NCBI GenBank assembly: GCA_027491395.1
Contig: JAOZFI010000006.1
Coordinates: 32,001 to 96,000 of the forward strand
Length of the DNA stretch: 64,000 nt
From: Thermoproteota archaeon
GTDB lineage: Archaea > Korarchaeota > Korarchaeia > Korarchaeales > Korarchaeaceae
Direction of reading: 5' to 3'
Numbering within the stretch: the first letter of the stretch is position 1; the number at the start of each line of letters is the position of its first letter. A program made the translations under genes and the position numbers. This document shows positions 38,707 to 48,438 of this stretch, piece by piece. The notes under the pieces were generated by a model, which was given only the letters and a program-made list of their open reading frames with translations, made no database searches and was not told the origin of the DNA.

Positions 38707-39852
38707 TCAAAGTTCTCCATACTCCTTGAACATCTCCACGAGAATCGGATTTATCTCAACTATTTTCGTTTTACCCACGGAGGTTCTCCTCACCACACCT
38801 GCCGAGTCCAATCGCTTCAAAATCCTAGATACCTTGCTTTTAGAGAAGCCCGTGAGTTCAGGGAGATCCTTCTGCTCGATTTTCCCCCCTTTCTCTAGTA
38901 TTATATCCAGTATACTGCGTTCATCCCTGTCAAGCCTCTCCACCAGCTCCTTGTACTGTTCCAATGTCTCATCATCTAAAACTATCTCCTCAGGCGAGGA
39001 ACCAGACCATCCCTCCAATTTGGGTTTCCTTGATGCTCTCTTGTAGAGCATGAATGCTGCCCCTCCCGTTATAGCGTTCGATCCTAGAATGGCCAACAGT
39101 AGCTCCGTGAGAGGTAGCCCTCTATCCACACCGTTTGACGGTGTAGTATTGGTGATGACTATCGTCTCTTCGCTTTTGGGAGGTAGAGTTTCTCCCTCTA
39201 CTCTAAATACTATGCTGAAGTCCCATGCGTTTCCTCTCGGTAGAGGGAAGGGTTTCCACAATGCTGTCAGCCTCTCCGATAGGGGATCCATCTCCACGGC
39301 ACCGGAAGTTCCTATCTTGGTTATGGCAGCTCCGTATGGAAGCAATATCCTCATCGTAGACCTGTTGTATTCTACGGTAGCATTGGGCATGTAGAATCGA
39401 TATACTAGCCTATACGTGTTGTCTTTAACCCTAACTAGTATGGTGTTCGGCTTGAACATGAAGGAGAATGTGATATTCCTTACATCACCTGGCCTCATCT
39501 CCTTTCCGAATTTTACCAGTATGACGTCGGCATAGGACTTCGTTTCGATCTTACTCACGGAGATGTCCCCTGAGAGCGGCCTCAGATTCTCTATGCCTTT
39601 ATACGGGTTCTCTATGACTATACCCACCGGAAGTACCGGGAACATTAGGGAGTTAACGCTACCATTGTACTCTTCATCGACAACGATCTCAGCAGTGATC
39701 GTTACCTTAACAGACGTATTCTCATAAAGCTCCGTGCTAACATTCATTTTATTTATAGTCACACCAGCGACGGGTCCTCCAGCGGAGTGGAAACTCAACT
39801 GGGCCATTATGAGTAGGAGTATTCCTGTTAGTATCGTTGCGTTTTGTTTCAT
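38707..39852 (-). CDS. membrane-anchored protein with extracellular domain and C-terminal winged HTH
   Basis: Signal peptide, beta-rich domain with N-X-S/T sites, single TM helix, then QKDL...GFSKSKVSRILKRL...G.V.R...GKT. Confidence 0.8.
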   Translation of the reverse strand: MKQNATILTGILLLIMAQLSFHSAGGPVAGVTINKMNVSTELYENTSVKVTITAEIVVDEEYNGSVNSLMFPVLPVGIVIENPYKGIENLRPLSGDISVSKIETKSYADVILVKFGKEMRPGDVRNITFSFMFKPNTILVRVKDNTYRLVYRFYMPNATVEYNRSTMRILLPYGAAITKIGTSGAVEMDPLSERLTALWKPFPLPRGNAWDFSIVFRVEGETLPPKSEETIVITNTTPSNGVDRGLPLTELLLAILGSNAITGGAAFMLYKRASRKPKLEGWSGSSPEEIVLDDETLEQYKELVERLDRDERSILDIILEKGGKIEQKDLPELTGFSKSKVSRILKRLDSAGVVRRTSVGKTKIVEINPILVEMFKEYGEL

Positions 39853-39940
39853 AAGCTCTTCACCTTTTTATGGCTACCTAAGGGGGAACCTAGGAAAACA
39901 TTATTAAACTATCACGGCTCTAGTCGATGGGAGACCTGAC

Positions 39941-40366
39941 TTGAAGACAAATCCCCCCATTTTTCAGCATGTAGTGGATTGGGTTAGGAAATTGAACTCT
40001 AGAGCGTCCTTTTCTGATGTAGAGGTTATAGTAGAGGGCCCACGGGATGAAGCTGCTTTAGAGGATATAGGTGTTCACGCTACCTTCACACACGCCTCTC
40101 GGCTGATCAGGGAAATCAGAGATCTGGGAGAGGCTAGAGTGATAGGCAGGACTTTTATCATACTCACGGATTTTGATACGGAAGGATCAGATTTACACGA
40201 TAGATTGAAGAGAATAATCACAGAAATGGGGGGAAAAGTAGATGAATTTCCCAGAAGCTACTATAGGTCTATAGGTCTGCCCCCTTTGGTGGAGGAGGTA
40301 AGTGGCTTCCTGAAGAGGAGGGTCGTGGATTGGAGTATACTAATCGAAGGTTGGCGATCAGAGTAA
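39941..40366 (+). CDS. stand-alone TOPRIM domain protein
   Basis: IVEG.RD..AL, ILTDFDTEG. Confidence 0.85.
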   Translation: MKTNPPIFQHVVDWVRKLNSRASFSDVEVIVEGPRDEAALEDIGVHATFTHASRLIREIRDLGEARVIGRTFIILTDFDTEGSDLHDRLKRIITEMGGKVDEFPRSYYRSIGLPPLVEEVSGFLKRRVVDWSILIEGWRSE

Positions 40367-40836
40367 CACTGGTAGCTGAAGTCTACCCGACTGAAGACAT
40401 CAAAAGAGTCCTCCAGGCTATGAACACCATAATCCCTTTCAGCGAGGAGGTCGATGATGTTGATATAGAGGAGGAAGGACGAAGGAAGCTGATAAAAGTG
40501 AGGAAGGAGGGTCATGAAGCGCTAATTAAGCTGAGATCGGCCTTTAGGAATAACAGGATACTAGATACTGCGAGAAGTCTGCTCATGACGAGGAGAGGAA
40601 ATCTAAGAGCCTTGAAATTCCACAAACAAGCAGCATACGTGGGTAAGGTGAGGCTTTGCGATGAGGACGAGATGTCTCCCCTGGGTGTGATATCTCTCAT
40701 CATAAATTACGAAGGAGACGCCCAAACACTGGCCGACTGGCTCGCTCCCAAAACGGAGAGGGGGAGGCCCATTAAGGAGGCCACCACTCACGAACTGCTC
40801 TACGGAAGAACTACCTCATCAGAGATCGACGGTTAG
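40351..40836 (+). CDS. DUF54 (UPF0201) family protein
   Basis: EVYPTED..RV, RILDTAR, HKQAA..G, SPLG.I, WLAP.T..G.P; TTG start 40351 assumed. Confidence 0.85.
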   Translation: MAIRVTLVAEVYPTEDIKRVLQAMNTIIPFSEEVDDVDIEEEGRRKLIKVRKEGHEALIKLRSAFRNNRILDTARSLLMTRRGNLRALKFHKQAAYVGKVRLCDEDEMSPLGVISLIINYEGDAQTLADWLAPKTERGRPIKEATTHELLYGRTTSSEIDG

Positions 40837-41727
40837 AAAATCCCGAGCAGCCATAACTTGTCCACTATAAGCTTTAGCGGCCTCCTCTTCGAACCTAACT
40901 AGATCTTCCTCCCTGTATCTGGCGCTGAAGTGCGTCAGGATTAACCTCTTGACGCCAGCAGCCTCCGCAATCTTACCAGCCTCTAGTGCGGTGCTATGCC
41001 CGGTAGCTACAGCCCTCTCCCTTAACTCATCGAGGTAGGTGGCCTCGTGTATCAAAGCATCAGCTCCCCTTGCCGCAGATATGACCGATTCGGTCGGTCT
41101 CGTATCGGATGAATATACGAGGATGGCTCCTCTGCGGGGCGGGCCCATAACGTCCTGGGGCCTCACAATCCTACCATCGGGTAGCTTTACAGAGAATCCC
41201 CTCTGGAGAACGCTTCTTAATACCAAAGGAACGCCGAGCTCATCTGCCTTCACAGGATCGAATCTCCCCGGTCTATCTCTCTCTCTGATCCTGACGCCAT
41301 AGGTCTCGAATCCAGCATGGTCGACGGGGAAGAACTCCACGGTGAACTTACCTAGTTCTATGGACTTGGAGATCTCTATCTCCCTGAATACCACCTTGAA
41401 CTGTGGTTTAGAGCCGGTCTTCTCCTCAACCTCCTCCAGTATGTAACGCAAATCCTTAGGTCCTATTACTAGGAGCTCAGAACCCTTTCGCAGTATGCTC
41501 AGTGACTGGATCATAGGCATAATCCCGAAAAAGTGATCTCCATGGAGGTGAGTTATGATCACCTTGTCTATCTTCATTAAGCTCTCTCTGGCCTTGATCA
41601 ACTGCCTCTGAGTACCTTCACCGCAGTCCAATAGAAGAGAATCTCCTGATGTCTTCACAAGGATGGCAGGCAATCCTCTGTCGTCCGTAGGTACCGCTGA
41701 ACTCGTTCCGAGGAACCTCACCTTCAC
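40819..41727 (-). CDS. rnz: ribonuclease Z
   Basis: FLGTSSAVP, DCGEGTQ, THLHGDH, DTRP, HEAT, HST, HFSARY; GTG start overlaps the upstream stop. Confidence 0.95.
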   Translation of the reverse strand: MKVRFLGTSSAVPTDDRGLPAILVKTSGDSLLLDCGEGTQRQLIKARESLMKIDKVIITHLHGDHFFGIMPMIQSLSILRKGSELLVIGPKDLRYILEEVEEKTGSKPQFKVVFREIEISKSIELGKFTVEFFPVDHAGFETYGVRIRERDRPGRFDPVKADELGVPLVLRSVLQRGFSVKLPDGRIVRPQDVMGPPRRGAILVYSSDTRPTESVISAARGADALIHEATYLDELRERAVATGHSTALEAGKIAEAAGVKRLILTHFSARYREEDLVRFEEEAAKAYSGQVMAARDFLTVDL

Positions 41728-42761
41728 TCTCCCATCCTCGCTACCCATATCCTCCTAACGAGGGACCTGTGCTCCCTCACATCAAAATATTCGACTACCT
41801 CAAATCCACTCCTGCTGAAATCGTCCTCACTCAGATGATTCACGGGGACTGAGATCGTCATCCATCCGTTCTCCTTCAGATATGCTGGGGCCTTTCTTAC
41901 AAAATCTTTGGCCAAATCTTCAGGCAATCTGCCCACAGCCGAGCTCATCCTCCCATAGGGCGGATCCGTAACTATGCGATCCGCCCTCTCCTCCAACGCA
42001 AGACTTAGCGCATCTCCGACCATCAGCTTGAAACCATCTAGGAAACCATAGGCTATGAGGTTGTTCTTGGCCTCTATAACTCTACTTTCGCTTATATCGG
42101 CACCTACCAAGCGAGCACCGATAGATAACACCTCAAGGGCTATGCCCCCAACCCCCAAGAAAGGATCCAGTACTAGATCTCCCTCACGAGTCCTCGCTAG
42201 ATTCACCATAGCCCTAGCTAGGGTAGGTCTCATGGAAGCCGGATGGACGAAAGGTCGTGCAGCAACCTCCTTTATCTTGAAAGATGTTCTGTCCACCTCG
42301 ACCTCCTTAACGTAGATCACCAGCAGCCCAGAGGTCATCACTATCACTACCTCGGAATTGGGGTTGGTGAGGTCTACCTTGGAACAGGGATTACCCCTCA
42401 GTACCCATCCACCGACCTCCCTCTCCACCTCCACACGTTTTAATTCGCTGCAGCATCCCTTTACCCTAATAGCAGTAGCTCTGAACCTCTTGCCGACTCT
42501 GGGCGGATCGATCCTCTTCAACTCCTGTGGAAAGTCGGCCGGGTTGAGAGCGGCTAAGAACCTTCCTATGGACCTAGTGTATGCGAGTCTAGCCGCTACC
42601 TTCCTCATGAGTGAGCTGGGGAGATCTCCCACATCTAAAACCAGCAGTGAGTCCAAGTCCAAATGGGTCTCGAACATTACATTGAACGATTCCAAGACAG
42701 CCTTTACCTCGGCCTTGGGAAGGGATGGGTGCTCACCTGACAGATGAAATGCTATCTTCAA
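41724..42761 (-). CDS. THUMP-domain tRNA (guanine-N2) methyltransferase, Trm11/TrmG10 family
   Basis: SGEHP.LP, VDL.NP, RPF.HP.SM.P.LARAMVN, DPFLG.GG, TDPPYG, HRSL.R. Confidence 0.9.
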   Translation of the reverse strand: MKIAFHLSGEHPSLPKAEVKAVLESFNVMFETHLDLDSLLVLDVGDLPSSLMRKVAARLAYTRSIGRFLAALNPADFPQELKRIDPPRVGKRFRATAIRVKGCCSELKRVEVEREVGGWVLRGNPCSKVDLTNPNSEVVIVMTSGLLVIYVKEVEVDRTSFKIKEVAARPFVHPASMRPTLARAMVNLARTREGDLVLDPFLGVGGIALEVLSIGARLVGADISESRVIEAKNNLIAYGFLDGFKLMVGDALSLALEERADRIVTDPPYGRMSSAVGRLPEDLAKDFVRKAPAYLKENGWMTISVPVNHLSEDDFSRSGFEVVEYFDVREHRSLVRRIWVARMGE

Positions 42762-43782
42762 TTTGCCTTCCTCCCAGCTTTGATCTAACGGTTCTCAACA
42801 GCTCCTCTATTCCGAAACCCTTCTCTGCAGATATCTCCATGAATTCGGCCCCCTCCCTTACCAAGAAGTTTCTAGTCTCGGAGAACTTATCTAGATAGTC
42901 ACTTTCCATATCTATCTTATTGATCACGGCAACTATCTCCCCAGAAAAGTTAGCCACGATGTCCTTGAACAGGGACCTCTGTTCGTCTAGCGCATAGCCA
43001 CAAGTCTCAGTGGGATCGAACAAATACAGGACCAAACCACTCACATGCTTAAGGGCCACTATAGCCTGCATCTCTATCCTATTTCTCTTGGAGAGAGGTC
43101 TATCCAACAAACCAGGGGTGTCGATGAACTGGACCCTCCCAACGCCCTCCAAATCCCGGTGTCCTATGATGATGCCTTTGGTGGTAAAAGGATATGGGGC
43201 TATCTCAGGTTCCTTGGTGGTAATCTTGGAAAGAAGTGTGCTCTTTCCCGTGTTGGGCATGCCAGCTATTATTACAGAGGGCAGAGCAGGATCAAAATCC
43301 GGTAGATTCCTGAGCTTCGGTGTTACTCCTCTCAAGAAGTCCAATTCGGGCTTGATCCTCTTCAATACGGACGATATTCTACCTGCCGCCTCCCTTCTGA
43401 GGGTCGCCATGCGTTCAGGATCCTCTGTCCAATTTATCTTGGAGATGTAGGATCTGGAGATCCTCGAGATTGTCTTAGAGGCCCATTTAACGGCGCCTAG
43501 AGCATGTCTCACTTGATCTACACCAGCCAAGACGTCCAAAAGTTCTCTATAGAAGGGATCTAACCTTTCCACGCTGGGGAAGGACTTCACCACCTTATCT
43601 AGCCTGCTAACCACCGTGTCGGAAATCGTCTGAATTCTAGATATTTCCCTAGATCTGTAAATCGCTATCCTGTCCCCTCTCCTTGACACAGGCTTGGGTT
43701 TCTTGAATGCCCTCCTGAAGGAGATGTCTAGCAGTTCATCCACGCTAAGAGGGACTACGGCCCTCCTGAAGGGATTAGGCAA
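42733..43782 (-). CDS. NOG1 family GTPase
   Basis: PFY, GMPNTGKST, YPFTTKG, DTPGLLDRP, RN.IE.QA, NKID; TTG start 43782 assumed. Confidence 0.93.
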   Translation of the reverse strand: MPNPFRRAVVPLSVDELLDISFRRAFKKPKPVSRRGDRIAIYRSREISRIQTISDTVVSRLDKVVKSFPSVERLDPFYRELLDVLAGVDQVRHALGAVKWASKTISRISRSYISKINWTEDPERMATLRREAAGRISSVLKRIKPELDFLRGVTPKLRNLPDFDPALPSVIIAGMPNTGKSTLLSKITTKEPEIAPYPFTTKGIIIGHRDLEGVGRVQFIDTPGLLDRPLSKRNRIEMQAIVALKHVSGLVLYLFDPTETCGYALDEQRSLFKDIVANFSGEIVAVINKIDMESDYLDKFSETRNFLVREGAEFMEISAEKGFGIEELLRTVRSKLGGRQIEDSISSVR

Positions 43783-43787
43783 TTTTA

Positions 43788-44924
43788 TCAACTCAGGAAG
43801 AATAAGAGGACATTGTATATCAGCATTAGCGCGATAGGCGCTGACATGGCCCATGTTAGCTTGCGGGCCAGCTCCTCATCGCCCAAATACATGGTAAGTA
43901 TCTCTGAGAGGACCAATCCCCCGTCCAAAGGTAACATAGGCAGGGCATTGAGGCCAGCCAGTCCCAGATTGAACATGATCAGGAACCCAAGCAGCTCTAT
44001 CAGCTGGATTGCTACCCCGGTCGGCATAGGGACTATGGGATCGAAGTAGGGCACCCTCGATAGCATCACCCCTAAGAAGGGTGAGCTCGGATCGTCAGGC
44101 CTAGATCCCAGCCTCACCCTGTAGGTGCCCCTATCAGTGACGACATCCACCTCCTGACCAGGTCTCAGCTTTTCAAGTGCCTTCACCAAACTAGAGAAAT
44201 CCCTAACCCTGTAACCACCTATCTGCCTTATGACAACTCCATCCGGGAGTATCCCGTGGGATGGTCCGTCCTCTATAACCTCCTGAACATACACACCAGA
44301 AGGATGGGACATCCCTGGGAATATCGAGAAACCCGGGAATATGATCATGGCCAGAAGGAGAGCCACGAAGAACGTAGCGAAGTTCATGAAGATCCCGGCC
44401 GAATAGACGCCCATCCTCTTAAGAGGCTCTAGTTTCTTGAGTATCTCCTCATCCGGCTCTACAAAGGCACCTAACAGGACAAATAGAACGAAAAAAGCTA
44501 TCTTCCTGATGGGGACCCCGAAGTACCAGCTGGCAGCAGCATGTCCAAATTCATGCACGGCTAATATCACGAATATGGAGATCAGGAGGGGAGCGGATAT
44601 GTCGAAGGTGACCCCCGGTATCACAGGGGCTATCTGGGCGACCTTCGGACCGAATAAGGTGTCTATGGTTATTTTGACGAGGAATATGAGGAATAACGAG
44701 GAGGAGATCAGGAGAGCACCAATCCCGACCTTATATAGGGGACCGACGAACCTAGCCAATCCTCCTATGATCCCCCTGAAGCTCTCCGGCTTGAAGGAGA
44801 ACTCCAAGTAGAAGACACCCATCTTAGCCCTCTCCCCTCCGAGATAACGGTTCAATAAGAGGCCAGCAAGGTAAGCCACAGCCCAAAATACGAGGAAGTT
44901 CACTAGGAAACCTTGGGATATCAA
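43788..44924 (-). CDS. site-2 protease (M50) with PDZ domain
   Basis: HEFGH, GAFVEP, AGI..N, PDZ, NALP..PLDGG. Confidence 0.92.
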   Translation of the reverse strand: MISQGFLVNFLVFWAVAYLAGLLLNRYLGGERAKMGVFYLEFSFKPESFRGIIGGLARFVGPLYKVGIGALLISSSLFLIFLVKITIDTLFGPKVAQIAPVIPGVTFDISAPLLISIFVILAVHEFGHAAASWYFGVPIRKIAFFVLFVLLGAFVEPDEEILKKLEPLKRMGVYSAGIFMNFATFFVALLLAMIIFPGFSIFPGMSHPSGVYVQEVIEDGPSHGILPDGVVIRQIGGYRVRDFSSLVKALEKLRPGQEVDVVTDRGTYRVRLGSRPDDPSSPFLGVMLSRVPYFDPIVPMPTGVAIQLIELLGFLIMFNLGLAGLNALPMLPLDGGLVLSEILTMYLGDEELARKLTWAMSAPIALMLIYNVLLFFLS

Positions 44925-44930
44925 GACGGA

Positions 44931-46055
44931 TCAACCCTTCAAGAGGTGCGCCAAGAACTCCGCCATCTCATACACGGAGGGGAGCTTGACGTACTCATCC
45001 GCTGAGTGGTGATTACCCCCCTCAGGCCCCAGTATAATGGGCTTAATGCTAGCCATCTTGTAGAGGTAATTGGCATCAGAGACCGTCCTGTAAACGTCCG
45101 TCTCAAGACGCCCTCCAAACACATTCTCTGCAACTTCTTGCACTTTCTTAACGAATTCATCATCCTCAGGAAGTTCATAGGGCTCCATGAAGGGAGTAGG
45201 CCTCTTCATTAGGGATATCTTGATTTTGGCCCTCAACTCAGGTGTCTTCCTTAGATGGTCCATGAACTTCTTTCTTATAACACCCGGATCGTTACCGGGC
45301 GGGTAATGCCTATCCAGCCTGACCAGACATCTGTCCGGATGGGCCATTACCAGCTCCGGAGACTTTATACTCAAGGGAGCTACGCTACCGCCTATTCCAT
45401 CGACCTTAGGCAGGTCCACAGCCCACAGAATGACCTTAGCTGCTTCTATGACGGCGTTTATACCGGCCTCCTCAGTCCCAGGCGCTGCCAATCCCTTTAC
45501 GTCGACATCGAATACGAACCTGCCGAATGCTCCCCTGAAGAGCTTCTTATTGGTCGGTCCGGCCACGATGGCCTCACTGACTCGCGGCAGGATACCACTC
45601 CTCAGGAGCTCGTAGGTCCCCCTGCTGAAACCCTCGGCATCGCATACAGCAGCAAAGACGACTCCCCTACTGTCATCCCATTTTGAGGCAGCTATGAAGG
45701 CCTCTATCATCGCAGCCAGCATTCCCTTGTCGTCAAAAACCCCCAGTCCATAGAGTTTGTCCTCCTCCAGCTCACCCCAGGGATTCTTGGTCCAATTGGA
45801 GTATATCTCGAATGTGTCGGTGTGGGCAAGGAACAGCAGGTTATCCTGATTTTTCACATTGAGGAAGGCCACGACGTTACCGGCACAATCTTTGACCGGT
45901 TGGTGGACTACCTTGTCAGCATACCTCGATAGAGTGTCTGTTATGTAGTAAACAGCCTCACCCTCCCTTCCCCTCAAACTCTTTATACCGACTAAATCTA
46001 TCAACAAATTGCGCGTCCTTTCCTGATCCGTAAGGCCCATCTGATCCCCCCTCAT
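44931..46055 (-). CDS. M20 family metallopeptidase/deacylase with divergent active site
   Basis: AHTDT, LYGLG..DDKG, NAV, SDAN, H..DE; the canonical EE and GEP motifs are altered. Confidence 0.85.
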   Translation of the reverse strand: MRGDQMGLTDQERTRNLLIDLVGIKSLRGREGEAVYYITDTLSRYADKVVHQPVKDCAGNVVAFLNVKNQDNLLFLAHTDTFEIYSNWTKNPWGELEEDKLYGLGVFDDKGMLAAMIEAFIAASKWDDSRGVVFAAVCDAEGFSRGTYELLRSGILPRVSEAIVAGPTNKKLFRGAFGRFVFDVDVKGLAAPGTEEAGINAVIEAAKVILWAVDLPKVDGIGGSVAPLSIKSPELVMAHPDRCLVRLDRHYPPGNDPGVIRKKFMDHLRKTPELRAKIKISLMKRPTPFMEPYELPEDDEFVKKVQEVAENVFGGRLETDVYRTVSDANYLYKMASIKPIILGPEGGNHHSADEYVKLPSVYEMAEFLAHLLKG

Positions 46056-46648
46056 GCCGATCTCAGGGGGATATACAGCTGCCTAGCACCCGATTCGGTA
46101 ATCACCAGCAGGTCCACACCGTCTCCTGACAGGGCGTCCCTCGATATGGCCTCCTTCATTGCCTTCTCAGCTAAAGAAAGGGCTTCCTCTTCACTCAAGT
46201 CCTCCCTATATTCCCTCTCCAAGATACCCGTGGCTATCTGCGCTCCAGTACCTACAGCCGCGAACTTTTCCTCCATAAGCCCTCCAGCAGGATCTAAGAC
46301 TAATATCTTGGGTTCTCCGTCCTCTAAACCACCTACTATAAGCTCAGTGTAGTAAATTCCCCTAAACCTCCCCTGATAGAGAAGCAGAGATAGTAGCTTG
46401 GCGACATTCGTAGGAGAAGCCTTCTTATCCAAATCCAGCTCATACAGAGTCGTGTTGAACTTCACGACATCGACTAACTCTTGGAAGTCGCCAGGAAGTC
46501 CGGCAGTGGAAATACCGACCTTATCATTAACTAGGAACACTTTCTTGGCGGACTTACTGAGGACGAATGTACCGTAAGATACTCTCCTGTCCGCCGCGAG
46601 AACGACACCGCCCTTGAATTTCAAGCCCAGAGCAGTAGCCAGAACCAC
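46052..46648 (-). CDS. psmB: proteasome beta subunit (probably non-catalytic type)
   Basis: ATALG, VVLAADRR, AG..GD, D..G, GTG, RDALSG; the ORF-track extension overlaps tRNA-Thr so start moved to GTG 46648. Confidence 0.92.
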   Translation of the reverse strand: MVLATALGLKFKGGVVLAADRRVSYGTFVLSKSAKKVFLVNDKVGISTAGLPGDFQELVDVVKFNTTLYELDLDKKASPTNVAKLLSLLLYQGRFRGIYYTELIVGGLEDGEPKILVLDPAGGLMEEKFAAVGTGAQIATGILEREYREDLSEEEALSLAEKAMKEAISRDALSGDGVDLLVITESGARQLYIPLRSA

Positions 46649-46669
46649 TGTAACACCCCTCAAGTTAAA

Positions 46670-46747
46670 TGGAGCCCCGGGCGGGATTCGAACCCGCGAC
46701 CTCCGCCTTACCAAGGCGGCGCTCTAACCGAGCTGAGCTACCGGGGC
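46670..46747 (-). tRNA. tRNA-Thr(GGT), encoded CCA
   Basis: GCCCCGG/CCGGGGC stem, CCGCC-TTGGTAA-GGCGG, GTTCGAATC; TTTATAAA upstream. Confidence 0.96.
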
Positions 46748-46785
46748 CCACCTCAAACTGTATCCTAATCTCTTTATAAATGCTA

Positions 46786-48438
46786 TCAGGTAATCCTCCT
46801 AGCTCTTATGAGGGCCGCTAAGGAGATGATCGCGACGAGCATGATGGCTAGGTATGGAATGTACTCTAGGTAGCCATGGCGCCTCCTGAGCTCGATTTTC
46901 ACGCTCGTGTCCTCCCTAAAGTACCCAGTAAAGCTCGAGGAGAGGGTTGACACATAGATGAATAGGCCTCCCTCATCCTCATACCACTTAAAGTAAACGG
47001 AGGGGAGGTCTACCTCCACATCGGGAAGGAAATTCCCTTCATCAGGCAATTGCAGTCGAAGGTATACAACTGGAGTGACCTTGGAGATGCTCACTCTGTA
47101 CATGTAACCATTCCTCTCTATGATATAGGGGGTCTGGTGAGATGCCAGACTCAAGGTAGGATCACCCAGCAGGACCTCATAAGCCGCCTCTTTGGGGCTT
47201 ATCCCTTTCTCCGTGGCCTCTTTTATGTGTAAGTTGTTCACCGTCATAACAGCCTCTCCCAACGTGCGACCCGTCAGGGCCATCATCAAGATGAGATCTG
47301 GATAGGAGGTACCCGCCTCAGATCCTATGCTGAACTCTACTCTCGTGGCTCCTATATATGCAAACGCTCCGGCTTCTAGAAACGAATAGGCTATGGAACT
47401 CTTGGGATCATCGAGATCTGAGAACCTCAGGGTATCGCATGACAGGGTGATCACTATAGCTCCCAACGGTCTAGCGGACCTCACTATGGAGGGTATGATG
47501 ACTACATGCCCCTCGGTCTTCAGGGCCATGGCGTAGGGGTTTCCGTGCAGGTTGAGATAGATAATACCATTTCTTGCCTCTCTGAGCATCTTAGCGGAGT
47601 CCTTCACCGTCAGATTGGAATACTCCACATCGGGGTGCAACACCTTCGTGCTCAATCCGTAGGATGATGCTATGAATTCCACTTTCCTAGCTAAAGGGAG
47701 ATCCTCAATGAGGGAGATACCTCTAAGTCTGTTGATCAAACCCATTGAAGCAGCATCGTCCGCGAGCAGCATCAGGAAGGGTGCAGCCACATCGGGACCG
47801 GTAAGGACTCCTAAGGAGGCGTCTAGATACGGATCATCGTCTATACAGGTTAGGAAGTCTATAACATTCAGATACCTCTCATAGTTTCGGGAGGTGAGGG
47901 GCTTGGTCAATAAGATGACGTACCTAACCCCCTTCAAGAGTTCCCGGCTCAGTTGAGCCGAATCCAAATCAATTAATTTAGCCTTTTTGAGAAAGGCTGC
48001 ATAGGCCGCCAGTAAAGAGTAATCCGGCCCATCCGAGCTGTAGAACAGGACTGCAACTTCACTCTCCATAGAAGATAGCTCTTGGGATATGAGATCCAAT
48101 TTCTTTAGGAGGGGTTCAAAGTCAGCCCCTTGAATACCCTTCTCTTTGGAGTAAAGTAGGAAATAAGCGAGTTCGTGAGGGGTCATCTCTCTAAGGATGG
48201 CTCCATATGATCCAACTTTTGCAGGGAATCCCATCTCCCTGAGCCGATCGCTCATATAGGAGGCGTTCCGGGCGACTACTATCCTCTCCTGCGGGCCCAT
48301 CGAGAGGAAGAATGCTGAAGCTGATCCGTAATCCTCGAAGACATGAACTAGGGGAAGGCTGCCGGCTTGAGCGGGTGTTAGGATCGAAACATCCGACATT
48401 ACCATCAGTGAAACGATGATGAGAAGAAAAGATCTCAA
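46786..48438 (-). CDS. secreted, membrane-anchored C25 (gingipain-like) cysteine peptidase-fold protein
   Basis: Signal peptide, YLNLHG, VITLSC, GA.AYIGAT, TLGEA, LLGDP, C-terminal TM helix. Confidence 0.7.
   Translation of the reverse strand: MRSFLLIIVSLMVMSDVSILTPAQAGSLPLVHVFEDYGSASAFFLSMGPQERIVVARNASYMSDRLREMGFPAKVGSYGAILREMTPHELAYFLLYSKEKGIQGADFEPLLKKLDLISQELSSMESEVAVLFYSSDGPDYSLLAAYAAFLKKAKLIDLDSAQLSRELLKGVRYVILLTKPLTSRNYERYLNVIDFLTCIDDDPYLDASLGVLTGPDVAAPFLMLLADDAASMGLINRLRGISLIEDLPLARKVEFIASSYGLSTKVLHPDVEYSNLTVKDSAKMLREARNGIIYLNLHGNPYAMALKTEGHVVIIPSIVRSARPLGAIVITLSCDTLRFSDLDDPKSSIAYSFLEAGAFAYIGATRVEFSIGSEAGTSYPDLILMMALTGRTLGEAVMTVNNLHIKEATEKGISPKEAAYEVLLGDPTLSLASHQTPYIIERNGYMYRVSISKVTPVVYLRLQLPDEGNFLPDVEVDLPSVYFKWYEDEGGLFIYVSTLSSSFTGYFREDTSVKIELRRRHGYLEYIPYLAIMLVAIISLAALIRARRIT

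Noticed and set aside
38593-39046. Plus-strand ORFs 38593-38898 and 38603-39046
   Set aside because: They overlap tRNA-Leu and are antisense to the HTH gene
38614-40366. Integrated element at tRNA-Leu
   Set aside because: Appears somewhat AT-richer, but no integrase or duplicated tRNA 3' end was found by eye
46649-46714. Apparent propeptide of psmB in the ORF track
   Set aside because: Mostly translation of the tRNA-Thr gene; an SD-like GAGGGG lies downstream of the tRNA
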